IMG/VR virus record: IMGVR_UViG_3300009709_000022
Location: 32,525 to 96,524 of that record
Length of the DNA stretch: 64,000 bases
Origin: a virus
Reading direction: 5' to 3' (one strand)
Shown here one piece after another: positions 39,562 through 49,792 of this stretch. Each line of letters opens with the position of its first letter. The first letter of the stretch is position 1. Below the pieces are notes generated by a model. The model had not been told where the DNA came from and searched no databases. It worked only from the letters and a program-made list of their open reading frames with translations. The translations under genes and the position numbers were made by a program.

Positions 39562-40566
39562 TTGCCGCTAATCCCTCAGACCCCTGTATCTATACCCAAT
39601 CAGGTATTGCCAAATGGTTCACAGCCCTATGTGAACCAGATGAACTTCTCGCAAGCAATCGGTAGAGTCCAGAGCTGGAATCCTGATGCTACGGCGATGG
39701 CGGGTCAGTGGATCAACGACGCTGTCCGCAAAATCTACGATCGCAAGACGTGGTACAGCCTGATGGTCAAAGGCCAAGTTGTTTGCCCAAAGGCGGTGAA
39801 CAGCGGCAAGGCCACCGTGACTCTCGGATCTCCAACCGTGGTCGGCACGGGCACGACGTGGACCGTTGACCTCATCGGTCGGCAATTCCGCTTCGGCTTT
39901 CAGAACCCCATCTACACGATCGTTGATGTCGATGAGGTCGGGCAGGCTTTAACTCTGGAGATGCCGTGGGGCGGGGATACCAGAAGCGCTGGCTACTTCA
40001 TCGTTGGCTACTACTACAATCTCGGGCCGAACATCAAGTACCTCAAGAGCATGACCAACGTGATTCAAGGTTGGCGCATGTGGACCGATCGCACCCAGGA
40101 ATACCTGGACAACATTGATCCATGGAGGCAGGCTGGCGGAGTGTTTCCGTGGTGCGTGGCACCTATGCCGACTGACTCGGCGGGCAATTACCTGGTGGAG
40201 ATCTACGCTGTGCCTTGGGTGCAGCAGGTTCTGCCTTTCCGCGCTTACATCCAGCCACCCAACCTGGTGAATGACGACGACCAGTTCCCGCCCTACATTC
40301 GAGCGGACGTTGTCGTTAAGGATGCCATCGCGAAGGCGCTTGTATGGCGTGGTCCGAAGCTCAACAAGTATTACGACGCGCAGCAGTCCGCAGTGTTTAC
40401 ATCTGAATTCGAAAATGAATTGTTGCACATGGCTGACGCGGATGAGAACCTCTATAGAACGCAGGTCCAAGACCCATCTGAGATGTCAATGAACATGGCT
40501 CCTGGTGGTTCGATGTGGGATGCTACCCACGCAGTGATGGCCGGCGGTGGATGGGGGAATTTATAG
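39562..40566 (+). CDS. Head-tail adaptor-like protein
   Basis: WINDAVRKIY N-terminal helix; position; GGAGG RBS. Confidence 0.6.
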   Translation: MPLIPQTPVSIPNQVLPNGSQPYVNQMNFSQAIGRVQSWNPDATAMAGQWINDAVRKIYDRKTWYSLMVKGQVVCPKAVNSGKATVTLGSPTVVGTGTTWTVDLIGRQFRFGFQNPIYTIVDVDEVGQALTLEMPWGGDTRSAGYFIVGYYYNLGPNIKYLKSMTNVIQGWRMWTDRTQEYLDNIDPWRQAGGVFPWCVAPMPTDSAGNYLVEIYAVPWVQQVLPFRAYIQPPNLVNDDDQFPPYIRADVVVKDAIAKALVWRGPKLNKYYDAQQSAVFTSEFENELLHMADADENLYRTQVQDPSEMSMNMAPGGSMWDATHAVMAGGGWGNL

Positions 40567-40568
40567 CG

Positions 40569-40897
40569 TGGCGAGTACCTGCGACAAGTGCGGCAACCGA
40601 GTCGGAAAGATTCGTCTTGTAGGTGGTAGATGGCTGGGACACGAATGCGGATGCGTGATTGAGGTCACGATGTCTTCAACAGTGAATCCTTATAGCGACC
40701 TTACCCTGCAGCATGTTCATGACGAATTCGGAAAGCCAGTACGGGTTTCAAGTGTCCGCCAGTTGCGAGAGGCGGAGAAGCGATTGAACTTCTGCAGCGT
40801 TGTGGCAAACAGCGAGGAGAGGAACTTCAACTCTCCGCCTCCAGCTCCAAAGCAACACATCGACCAGCACTACAAGCGCAAGTTCTCAAAGGGCTGA
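40569..40897 (+). CDS. Zinc-ribbon hypothetical protein
   Basis: CDKCG...CGC; start approximate. Confidence 0.55.
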
Positions 40898-40898
40898 C

Positions 40899-41276
40899 AT
40901 GGCACACGATCCCAACAATATCGGAAGAGACACGTTTCGCAAGGCGAAGTTTGGGGACATTGAGATACCGGTTAATTCGCGTGCAGCGACATCCGACCGC
41001 TATGTTGATCGGAACCGATTGCGCGTGCATCACGGCGGCGAAGAGTACGTCCCGGGCGAGCCCGGCAAGAATGGGCTCTCGAAGCCTGGCCAATGGAAGC
41101 CGCTTCCTCCGCGTACTGCTTCCATTATGGACAATGCCCGTGAGGCGGCAGGTGCCCTGGGAGCACGCTCCTCGTTCGCCAACGACGAGGACTTTGACGG
41201 CCGCCGCGGCGGCATGAACAGCGACCACCTGGGCGGCAACAATCCGCTCCGGAAGCAGCGGGGTGATGAACAGTGA
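40899..41276 (+). CDS. Hypothetical protein
   Basis: MAHDPNN... within ORF 40800..41276. Confidence 0.6.
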   Translation: MAHDPNNIGRDTFRKAKFGDIEIPVNSRAATSDRYVDRNRLRVHHGGEEYVPGEPGKNGLSKPGQWKPLPPRTASIMDNAREAAGALGARSSFANDEDFDGRRGGMNSDHLGGNNPLRKQRGDEQ

Positions 41277-41821
41277 TTCGCAACTTCGTAGGTATTCAGA
41301 CGCTTGGTGCTACCTCCATGCCAGCATTCGGAACAACGCTGGTGGGGCCATCTTCTCTTGCAACCGATCGGCACACTCGGAATACGCAACCGAGCAGTCA
41401 GGATTCGTTGTCTCTGATTCCTGTGACCAGCGCGGCGGGCTTCCGCATCGGCGATCGCGTTCTTGTGGCTCCGAAAGCCAATTACAAATTCGGAGGCCAG
41501 CAGGATCAGGGGTTCATTCAGCAGATTGATTTTGTCAACAACATTGTGACCGTGCAAGGCCTTCTGCGTGCTCATGCGAACGCGGAGTATCTGGTGCTGA
41601 ATGAAGACGCGATACAGGTGATCATCTCTACGCTGTCGGCGGCGAACCCTCTTTACGTAGGAAACCAGTCAACTGTGGCGGCTGGAGATGGTTCTGTGTT
41701 TGACGTACTCAATCAGCCATCCGGAAACAAACACCAGTCTGGACCTGGCGCAAAAACCGGAGAGTATTGGATTGCAGGTACCGCCGCGGACCAGTTTGTC
41801 TCTTACTTCATTTGCTTGTAA
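41273..41821 (+). CDS. Virion structural protein (beta-rich)
   Basis: ORF track; position. Confidence 0.65.
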   Translation: MIRNFVGIQTLGATSMPAFGTTLVGPSSLATDRHTRNTQPSSQDSLSLIPVTSAAGFRIGDRVLVAPKANYKFGGQQDQGFIQQIDFVNNIVTVQGLLRAHANAEYLVLNEDAIQVIISTLSAANPLYVGNQSTVAAGDGSVFDVLNQPSGNKHQSGPGAKTGEYWIAGTAADQFVSYFICL

Positions 41822-41835
41822 ACCGGTGATGACCA

Positions 41836-42522
41836 GTGGCGGCGATCGACGACATCCTCGATAGGGTCCAAGACCGCCTTGAAGAAGAGGTGGGTACCGC
41901 TGGTCGTTTCTGGTTGCGCTCGCTTGAACTTCGCAGTGGTGCAATTGAAGCGCTGAACGAGATGTTGCTTCTTGTCGGCCGTCCGACGATGATTGCGAGC
42001 CAGCCTTTCACAATCCAGGCCGGTACTCCTTGGCAAACCATTCCGAAAGGGATGCTCTGCATAACAAACATCCAAGGTGTTTCCTCTGAGGTGTGGAAGT
42101 ATACCCTTCAGGATTTGGATTACCTGCAGGCATCGTGGGGCCCGGACTGGGAACAGGACGTTGGTGACGCCGTGGCGCACTGGGCTCCTATCGGCTTCAA
42201 CATGTTCGCGGTCCACCCATCCGTTTCATTTCCACAGGACGTGCTTATCAGTGGCATAGCGTACCCTGCCACCGGAGCGTGGCCAAACGCGAACATCACG
42301 ATTCCATTTACCGATGAGTTTTTCGCAGCACTCGACATGTACACGGCTCACTACGCGCGATTTAAAGAGATGGGCAACGAGTTCTCGGAGAGCTTTAAGA
42401 TGTTGGAAAGCTTTATGCAACTTGCTGGAAGTATGACGACTCTGCAGGATCGTCGCGACCCGTACATCTTCAATCGCGCTGTAGGCGCCCAACTTCAGAC
42501 GAACCCAATTTCCAGACGATAG
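41836..42522 (+). CDS. Phage adaptor-like protein
   Basis: DILDRVQDRLEE...FW...EL...EALNE N-terminus typical of podovirus adaptors. Confidence 0.6.
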   Translation: MAAIDDILDRVQDRLEEEVGTAGRFWLRSLELRSGAIEALNEMLLLVGRPTMIASQPFTIQAGTPWQTIPKGMLCITNIQGVSSEVWKYTLQDLDYLQASWGPDWEQDVGDAVAHWAPIGFNMFAVHPSVSFPQDVLISGIAYPATGAWPNANITIPFTDEFFAALDMYTAHYARFKEMGNEFSESFKMLESFMQLAGSMTTLQDRRDPYIFNRAVGAQLQTNPISRR

Positions 42523-42531
42523 AGGACGACA

Positions 42532-43035
42532 ATGCCACTTAGCGATTTTTTTGGAATTCCGCGCCGTTGTGATGGATGCAAAAACGGCAACCAGTTCTGC
42601 GGCCTGTGCCTCTGCCGAGGTTTCGTAGCCCCATGCTTGGCGTGCAGCGGAACAGGCTCTATCAAAGCTCCGGTGTATGGATCAGGCGGCGACATGAAGT
42701 CGACGTGTGATAAGTGCGGTGGCAAGGGAATCTTTCCGGTCAATGAGCCAGAAGGTTGGACAGACAAACCGGAAGAAATTCTTGATGAGAACGATCAGCA
42801 GATCAGCAAAGAACAAAGCGGAGGCGACGGTTCAAACCAGAATGATGTTGAGGAAGACGACGACGACGACCAGGACGAAGACGACGACGACGATGACGAT
42901 GATGACGACTCTACTCAGGGTTCAATGCCTGATGCTCCACTCATCCGTCCCAAAGGATTCCAAAAAAAGAAGTGGAATGCGATGACGCCTGAACAGCGTC
43001 AGGAGGTTATCAATGCGCAAGCTGCTACGGTGTAG
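42532..43035 (+). CDS. DnaJ-type zinc-finger protein with poly-Asp tract
   Basis: Four CxxC motifs (CLACSGTG, CDKCGGKG); EEDDDDDQDEDDDDDDDDDD. Confidence 0.7.
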   Translation: MPLSDFFGIPRRCDGCKNGNQFCGLCLCRGFVAPCLACSGTGSIKAPVYGSGGDMKSTCDKCGGKGIFPVNEPEGWTDKPEEILDENDQQISKEQSGGDGSNQNDVEEDDDDDQDEDDDDDDDDDDSTQGSMPDAPLIRPKGFQKKKWNAMTPEQRQEVINAQAATV

Positions 43036-44023
43036 CATCCTTTTGGCGTTAGCTTGCATGGCGACTGTGGCAGGAGCGCAGTCGCCATGCACCACTGTTC
43101 CGAACACCGGAGCACCGCTTTCGCTGAATCTTCCCAATACCCACTGCACGGGGTGGGACGTTCCGTTAAATCAGAACTTCACACTGATCAATCAATTCGC
43201 GTCACAGGTGCCATTACTTTCCCCGACTGTGTCGCAGACAATTACGCAGCCATCCGGTACGTATTTCAACATCAACGGGCTTCAGGTATTTGCCTCGCGT
43301 CCGTATATTGCCTTTGGTGTATCACCATCCACACCGACAGGATTTCTGACAGAAGTCTCCGCTGGAAATTTCACGCTAGACGCCTCCGTTTTTGGCGCTG
43401 CAGGCGGGAGCCTCCAATTGAATTCATTGAACATGAATTCGTTTGCGTTGGGCGGGGCAGCTCCTTTAAACCATCTCCTAGTTGGCGACGGATCCTTTTA
43501 TCGCGATTCTTCTTCTATCCCGGCATCGGCTGTTTCTGGGCTCCCAACGTACACATTCAGTAGCAGCTTTTCGACATCGGTCTCTGGTTCGAATACCACT
43601 GTGTCTCTGGCCAGCACTGGAGTCACTCCAGGAACCTACACATCCGTCACAGTGAACGGTAACGGACAGGTGACGTCGGGATCATCTGGTGGAAGCCGTA
43701 TATGCAACTCCAATGGATGCTACGTAAGGAGCGCTGATGGCACGATTGTCGCTTGGGGAGTTGTCGTTGGGACATTTCCCAGTGCAACCGTTTTGAATGT
43801 GGCGATCAATTACCCCATCAACTTCTCCACCGCGGTAAGCCCTGTAGTTACCGGAGGTGGACAGCCGGACGGTACCGACGACGTTTACACGGTGTATTTA
43901 AAGAACCCCAGTCTCTCTGGAGCCACTATAGTCGCTCGCTGCGCAGTCAACATCGGCGGTAGCGGATGTCCTGGAAGCTTATCAAATTCAGTGCCGTTCT
44001 ATTGGCAAGCAACCGGTTATTGA
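43013..44023 (+). CDS. Tail-fibre-like protein with apparent signal peptide and gp53-like C-terminal domain
   Basis: LNLP...WDVPLNQNF anchor; TGVTPGTYTSVTVNGNGQVT fibre repeat; YVRSADGTIVAWG...YPINFS. Confidence 0.65.
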   Translation: MRKLLRCSILLALACMATVAGAQSPCTTVPNTGAPLSLNLPNTHCTGWDVPLNQNFTLINQFASQVPLLSPTVSQTITQPSGTYFNINGLQVFASRPYIAFGVSPSTPTGFLTEVSAGNFTLDASVFGAAGGSLQLNSLNMNSFALGGAAPLNHLLVGDGSFYRDSSSIPASAVSGLPTYTFSSSFSTSVSGSNTTVSLASTGVTPGTYTSVTVNGNGQVTSGSSGGSRICNSNGCYVRSADGTIVAWGVVVGTFPSATVLNVAINYPINFSTAVSPVVTGGGQPDGTDDVYTVYLKNPSLSGATIVARCAVNIGGSGCPGSLSNSVPFYWQATGY

Positions 44024-44033
44024 AAGGGAAACA

Positions 44034-45188
44034 TTGGCCGTAGTTGGGATTGGATACAGAACGGTAATCGACGTCTTGCTTGAGATGTCGCTCCGCTTGG
44101 CGGAGCCGATCTTTATGCGCCCCATCAAAACCATAGGAGACGCGGGTTACGGGGATGGCGGCTACGGAGATGGCGGTTATGGAGATCCACCGGAAGGCAC
44201 TGGATACAAACTGGTAGGGTTCGACTCAACAGAGTTTCTGTATGTCGGGGCCACTATAGTTTTTGGATTCGGGGCGGACTCGGCGGAAGTGACTACGGTG
44301 ACTGAACTAAACGAGGACAACACAATTGTTGTCGCGCTGGCAAACGATCACGCTGTAGGAGAAACAGTAGCTGGAGCGACATTTCCCACGCAGCAAACGA
44401 CGGACCCCATCTTTGTCCAGGAAGAGATGATTGGGTATCTGTCGCGTGCCCAGAATGAATTTTTAGCAGAGGTGCCCTACTCCTACCGCCTCGCCACGCA
44501 AGGCGCAATCTATGGAAGTATTTTCCAAACTCTGCCAGGTGATGCGATCGAAGTAGACCGTGTCGCAGTGTCACTGCTCAGTGTAAACATCGCGTCGATG
44601 TCCCGCTCTGAAAACGTGGTCACGGTAACAACCGTGAATCCACATGGTCTCAGATCCGGCAGCACGCCAAAAATTCGAAACGCTCAGGACGCCACTTTCA
44701 ATTGCGTGGCCATTGTTACCGACGTTCCTTCCGATACAACCTTCACATTCTCTCAGGAAGGCGCCGATGCCGCTCCTGTGGATGCAGGAGCCTCTCTGGT
44801 CTATTGGCAGCGCCTGTACGAAGCTACACAGGCAGAAATGACCATGCAGAACAGGAACTGGCGGAACGATTACAACCAATTCCCCACAGCGTTCTTTGAA
44901 GACCGGGCCAGCGTGTATGGCTGGGGTCTCAATGGGAAACCGACATCAAATTTTTCTCTGGAATTGTTGATTGCAACACGTGACGCGGACGCACTTGGAT
45001 GGCTTGACGGCTTCCTTGTACCCGATATGTGCATGCATTACGTGATCTACAAAGCCTTGGAATACCTATTCACAAAGGACGGTGTGCGTCAGAGCCCGTC
45101 CATGTCTGGATACTGCAAGAAGCGTTACGAGAGAGGTGTCCAAGTGACAAATCGGTTTATTGACGGAATGGAATTGAACCTGGGATAG
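44034..45188 (+). CDS. Tail/adaptor structural protein
   Basis: GYGDG repeats; VTVTTVNPHGLRSG beta module; position. Confidence 0.65.
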   Translation: MAVVGIGYRTVIDVLLEMSLRLAEPIFMRPIKTIGDAGYGDGGYGDGGYGDPPEGTGYKLVGFDSTEFLYVGATIVFGFGADSAEVTTVTELNEDNTIVVALANDHAVGETVAGATFPTQQTTDPIFVQEEMIGYLSRAQNEFLAEVPYSYRLATQGAIYGSIFQTLPGDAIEVDRVAVSLLSVNIASMSRSENVVTVTTVNPHGLRSGSTPKIRNAQDATFNCVAIVTDVPSDTTFTFSQEGADAAPVDAGASLVYWQRLYEATQAEMTMQNRNWRNDYNQFPTAFFEDRASVYGWGLNGKPTSNFSLELLIATRDADALGWLDGFLVPDMCMHYVIYKALEYLFTKDGVRQSPSMSGYCKKRYERGVQVTNRFIDGMELNLG

Positions 45189-45190
45189 AC

Positions 45191-48100
45191 ATGGCAGAAG
45201 ACACTCGGTACCGTCCAGTAACAGTGAAATTCGCAAGCCGTGGGCTAGTCGCTCGCTATGCTACCGATGCGGCCCCCGAAGGAACCTACCTCGATCTCCT
45301 CAACTGCGAAGAGCGTGAGGAAGGGGCTATGTCTACGCGCTATGGATCTCGCATTGTCACGCGCGATGCGGATGATACGCCGAATGGCGTTAACTACTTC
45401 TTGCAAGACCCCATTCATAGTTTGACCAGACTCAAGTATGGATACTCGTTCTGGCGTTACGCCGGGTCTGGATCAAAGTTGTACCGCCGCACTGGAGGTG
45501 GGCAAGGTCCGTACTCCCTCATCTACTCAGGTCTTTCTGGAAGCCCGTTCGGGGCGATCGACAATAGCACGGCGCAGAGCGCAATCAATTACCTGTTCAT
45601 CGCAGACCTCGCAGGGCTCATTAAAGACAACGGATCGGGCAATCCTACGCGTTGGGGTATTCTGCCACCAAATCCAACGGCGAACACCACCCCATATGCT
45701 CCAAAGGTCTTGCTTGTTGATGCCTTTGATGGGACGAACTCGTACGACACATCGAATGTTGCTGGTTGGTCTGCAGACGCAATTGGAACCGTAAATCTAG
45801 GCGATGGGGTAGCGGTGAATGACTTCTTCAACTACCCCATTACCGATGGATTCCTCTACGCTTTTCCCGGTGTCCTCGGTTCATCTGGAGCAACCACAGC
45901 AGCACTCTTCAGCTTGGTGGGGAACCCCGACATCGAGCAGGTAGCGGCTGCAGGTGTAAGCGGCCCACAACTGAGTGGAGCGGAGCCATCGTTCACATTG
46001 AACGCTTACTCAGGTTCCGTGGCCTCTGACACGGTAGGCACAATCACTCGGACAGTGAATCTCGACCTAGACCAAAGCCGGCAAGTCACAGACGACGATC
46101 TCATTGCCATTGCAATGAAATTGTCCGACCCATCGGCGGTCATCGGCATCAAGCTTAAATTTGATGTCAATGGTTCTGGCTATACCAGTTCGTATTACTA
46201 CAAGAGCATCAGCCCCGCGTCATATCAAGCAGGTATTGATGGCACCTCGGAAGCGACAACGGCGGCCGCCGATCAGTTGCTGGCAAACACGTTAGGCTTG
46301 TACACCGGATCAACCGCCGATTCAAATTCAAACGATGTTCTCTCGCAGCTCCAGTCCGCCACGGCGAACACCGGACAAGATGCTTGGTCAACGATCTACA
46401 ACCGGAGAGGAGACTTTCTTGCCGTTGGCAACGCAGGCCAGCCAGGGCAAGACTGGGCATCAATTACCGGCTGGCAAATTGAAATCACCACGACCTCGGA
46501 TGCTTCGGTTGAGGTCTCGGCTAACGGGATCTATTTGCAATGGGGAGCTGGTCCGAGCAGTTTTGGCGGTGTTGGCTATGACTACCGCTACACGTATGAG
46601 AATTCGGATACGGGTACGGAAAGCAATGGAAGCCCTATCCAATCATTCGATGTCCAATACGGATATGTGGCATCACGTACTCCGCTGATTGTCTTGCGGC
46701 AGGCCATTGGTGTTGCAGGGGTCTACTCCAGTGACTCGCAGGTGAAGTACGTCAACATTTATCGCCGCGGTGGTTTCATGAACCAGCAATGGTTCTATGT
46801 GGATCGCATTCCCAACATCGCGGGTGGCGGTGCTTTCCTTTACAAGGATGTGATTTCAGATAGTGCCATCGCCGGAAGCACTGGTCTCCAACTGGATAAC
46901 GACCCGCCGATTACAAGTTCTCTGCAGACGCCAATCAATACGACTCTTACGGCGGCAACTGTTTCACCTGGTGACAGCCAATATGCAGCATTTTCTCCGC
47001 AGCAAGTCACCGTAGCGGATGCAACAGCCAACTTCGTTGTTGGGCAGATTGTTGATGTGGGTACGCCAGAAAATCTTGAACAGGTGCGTGTGACCGAAGC
47101 GGGAGTTGGCAAGTTCAAAGCGGTGTTCCGGCTCACTCACGCTGCGGGAGATGAGGTTTCGGTCTACTCAACCCCGGCGGCCCCTTGTGATCTCTGCGAG
47201 TTCGCCTATAACAGAAACTGGCTGGCTGGCGATCAGAACAATCCCAACTTCTTGTACTACTCCAAGAGTGGCATGCCCGAAAGTTTTGGTCCTCAAAACT
47301 ACATCCGAGTGGGAACCCCAAACAGCATTATCACCGCGATCATCAATTATCGCGGGACTCTCTACGTTTCCACGGACACGAGCTGGTATCAGATCATCGA
47401 TGGATCTCCTCCGTACGCACAGCCCACGGGTTCGGCCCACGGAAACGTGTCGAAGCGAGGCTGGACCCTATCAGAAGGTTCCATTTGGTATACAGCTATC
47501 GACGGCATCCGCGAGTTTCGAGGTGGCGACGGAGCATACCGCACACTGGCCGTGGAATGGATATTTCAAGAGCCTGACGTTACGCATACGACTCCCCTGG
47601 TTTTGGTGGATCGCACGCAGCTTTCGCAGACCCGCATGGGATTCAAAAACAACCAGGTGTTCTTCGCATACATGGGGGTAGACGGAGCAGTTCATCGGAT
47701 CTCGTTCAACCTGAACTACAACGGGCGCATCCGTAACGACGACGTTCCGGCCACGGCTATGTACCTCGAAAAAGACACCAACACACTGCTATTCGCGCGC
47801 GCTTTCAACGGTGCATATGGCGTTGTCGAGGATCGTATTGGATCGACTGATGACATGGGATGGAGTGCAGCTCATGCCCCCGTTAATAATCCCATCACCA
47901 TGCGTTGCCAAACTCCATTTCAGGACGACGGAAAGCCTCACAATCCGAAGAACTGGAACATGCTCGAAGTGGATGTAAATACGAACGGGCAAGATATGAA
48001 TGTGTCTTTGTCGTTCCAGAATCCGGACAAGGTGCTTGATCTGGGAACCTTCAATACAAAATCTCGCCAGAAGGTTTCCATCGTAATAGAAGAGGGGCAG

Positions 48101-48556
48101 GGTTTCGAAGCATACCGGATGAGCGCAATCTTTAGTGGAACGTTTGCTATCCCTCCGGTGCTGTATCAGGCAAACATGCACATGGCTCCGCTGGCGGAGT
48201 TCCGCACGAGTTGGGACACCTACTGGATTAAGTTCAACGTCGACGACTCGAAGTTGGTGAAGCAGGCCTACTTCGATTACACTTCCGCGGACGCCATCAA
48301 CGTTTATCTGTTCGCTGATGGAAATGATGATCTTCCTTTTTTTTCTTTTTCTCTCCCACCGCTGAGCACGCGATCTGTTGTCCGAGTCCGTTTTGGAATG
48401 GATGACCCAAACAATTCAGCACGGACTCTCAGATCGTTTCGCATGGTAGCTCTCACGAGTAGCGGTAAGCCTTTCCAGTTCTGGGTGGCCCCGAAAGTGG
48501 AGTACAAAGGCGTCACGGAAGGTTCGAGTTATGCGATAGGAGAGTTGAACACATGA
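45191..48556 (+). CDS. Tail nozzle / tubular-protein-like structural protein
   Basis: 1121 aa beta-rich; LLNCE...MSTRYG N-terminus; NRNWLAG...LYYSK..PESF. Confidence 0.7.
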   Translation: MAEDTRYRPVTVKFASRGLVARYATDAAPEGTYLDLLNCEEREEGAMSTRYGSRIVTRDADDTPNGVNYFLQDPIHSLTRLKYGYSFWRYAGSGSKLYRRTGGGQGPYSLIYSGLSGSPFGAIDNSTAQSAINYLFIADLAGLIKDNGSGNPTRWGILPPNPTANTTPYAPKVLLVDAFDGTNSYDTSNVAGWSADAIGTVNLGDGVAVNDFFNYPITDGFLYAFPGVLGSSGATTAALFSLVGNPDIEQVAAAGVSGPQLSGAEPSFTLNAYSGSVASDTVGTITRTVNLDLDQSRQVTDDDLIAIAMKLSDPSAVIGIKLKFDVNGSGYTSSYYYKSISPASYQAGIDGTSEATTAAADQLLANTLGLYTGSTADSNSNDVLSQLQSATANTGQDAWSTIYNRRGDFLAVGNAGQPGQDWASITGWQIEITTTSDASVEVSANGIYLQWGAGPSSFGGVGYDYRYTYENSDTGTESNGSPIQSFDVQYGYVASRTPLIVLRQAIGVAGVYSSDSQVKYVNIYRRGGFMNQQWFYVDRIPNIAGGGAFLYKDVISDSAIAGSTGLQLDNDPPITSSLQTPINTTLTAATVSPGDSQYAAFSPQQVTVADATANFVVGQIVDVGTPENLEQVRVTEAGVGKFKAVFRLTHAAGDEVSVYSTPAAPCDLCEFAYNRNWLAGDQNNPNFLYYSKSGMPESFGPQNYIRVGTPNSIITAIINYRGTLYVSTDTSWYQIIDGSPPYAQPTGSAHGNVSKRGWTLSEGSIWYTAIDGIREFRGGDGAYRTLAVEWIFQEPDVTHTTPLVLVDRTQLSQTRMGFKNNQVFFAYMGVDGAVHRISFNLNYNGRIRNDDVPATAMYLEKDTNTLLFARAFNGAYGVVEDRIGSTDDMGWSAAHAPVNNPITMRCQTPFQDDGKPHNPKNWNMLEVDVNTNGQDMNVSLSFQNPDKVLDLGTFNTKSRQKVSIVIEEGQGFEAYRMSAIFSGTFAIPPVLYQANMHMAPLAEFRTSWDTYWIKFNVDDSKLVKQAYFDYTSADAINVYLFADGNDDLPFFSFSLPPLSTRSVVRVRFGMDDPNNSARTLRSFRMVALTSSGKPFQFWVAPKVEYKGVTEGSSYAIGELNT

Positions 48557-48873
48557 GTCATGTATGCGTATGCCAAGGCACAACCTGCCAACGCTATCTG
48601 AACAGAAGGACACCAGGAAAAGTGGTGTGGCTCGTTGATCGTGTTCCTTACTGCGCCGCCTGCTTTGAACAATGGTCCGACACTCATGATGTCCACAACC
48701 ATCGTATCCGCAGGCTTTCAGAAAACGAGGACGACTTCAATACGATGGGGAAGATGAGGGGATATGAGCGCCGAGACAGTAGTACCAATCCAACATATTC
48801 CGCTGCAAAAGCAGGATCTCGAACAAGGAGACCTCGAATCATTCAACCAAGGGCTACAGCACCTCACGGATGA
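48553..48873 (+). CDS. Small Cys-rich hypothetical protein
   Basis: ATGA overlap; YCAACF. Confidence 0.5.
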   Translation: MSHVCVCQGTTCQRYLNRRTPGKVVWLVDRVPYCAACFEQWSDTHDVHNHRIRRLSENEDDFNTMGKMRGYERRDSSTNPTYSAAKAGSRTRRPRIIQPRATAPHG

Positions 48874-49747
48874 AGTGAATCGTCTTCGTGGCCACGGCGG
48901 ACCCGTGAGCCTCCCGAGCGGAATTGATTTGGGTGGATCCACCATAAAAAATTCAGGCAAAGCGAAAGGTGCCGGCGACCTGGTATCGCAGGCTTTCGCT
49001 AGTTCGCAGTATGGTGCGAGTAATATCGCAAAGCAACTGGAGTCTGGAGGATCTCACAGCCTGAAGTCTGTCCGGCGAATAGGCGATAAGAACCAGCGCG
49101 AGACCAACTCTACATTCCTCAATGCTCTGATGAGCACGTCGCCGACAGTGAACGACGCCACAGTAAGTTTCGGTGCGGCCGGTGGCGGCTCGGTGACGAT
49201 CTACGTCAGTGGCGGAGCTCATCAGTACGTTGACAACCAAACGGTAGTCTCTTTTTCTTCACGCTATGACACCGTATCTCTCCCCGCGACGGTGGCCATC
49301 ACGTCTGTGACGCTGGCAAGCGGTGTGGTGACGATGGTGACAGGAGCTCCTCACGGAAAGGTTCCAGGGCAAACTATCAACGTAGACGGCGTAACGCCGA
49401 ACGTTGGCACAACCACAGATTTCAATGGTTCTTTTGTGGTGCTTACTACGCCCAACGCAAACACTTTGACTTATCGTCAGGTGGCTCCTGCAGGATCTGG
49501 AACGGGTGGTTCTATTGGTGCCTCGGGCGTGTACTACTACTACCTCCGGAACAACAGCAACACGCTCAGCATGGCAGGCCCATTCACGGACGATACGCAG
49601 AGAAACCGTCTTTCTGTAAACGTGGATGGCCAGGTACTCATCGCGGTTGCAGTCGTTACGCCAGCGGGTGGGGACGTATCCCAATCATCCGGAGGCGCAA
49701 CATCTCCTACACAGACCAACGGCAACCGAGTCATCAATCGTGTCTGA
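48764..49747 (+). CDS. Tail structural protein
   Basis: Ser/Gly/Thr-rich; GAPHG..PGQ.I...FNGSFVV module; GAGGGG RBS. Confidence 0.7.
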   Translation: MSAETVVPIQHIPLQKQDLEQGDLESFNQGLQHLTDEVNRLRGHGGPVSLPSGIDLGGSTIKNSGKAKGAGDLVSQAFASSQYGASNIAKQLESGGSHSLKSVRRIGDKNQRETNSTFLNALMSTSPTVNDATVSFGAAGGGSVTIYVSGGAHQYVDNQTVVSFSSRYDTVSLPATVAITSVTLASGVVTMVTGAPHGKVPGQTINVDGVTPNVGTTTDFNGSFVVLTTPNANTLTYRQVAPAGSGTGGSIGASGVYYYYLRNNSNTLSMAGPFTDDTQRNRLSVNVDGQVLIAVAVVTPAGGDVSQSSGGATSPTQTNGNRVINRV

Positions 49748-49754
49748 TTCATGC

Positions 49755-49792
49755 TTGCATGGATAAGGCACTGGCGGTAGAGTACGCACATG
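49755..49792 (+). promoter_or_regulatory. Internal promoter, leaderless start
   Basis: TTGCAT-17-TAGAGT-6nt-ATG(49790). Confidence 0.65.

Noticed and set aside
44138-44185. Short tandem repeat considered as CRISPR or VNTR
   Set aside because: Degenerate in-frame repeat encoding GYGDG units; no repeat-spacer structure and no cas genes.
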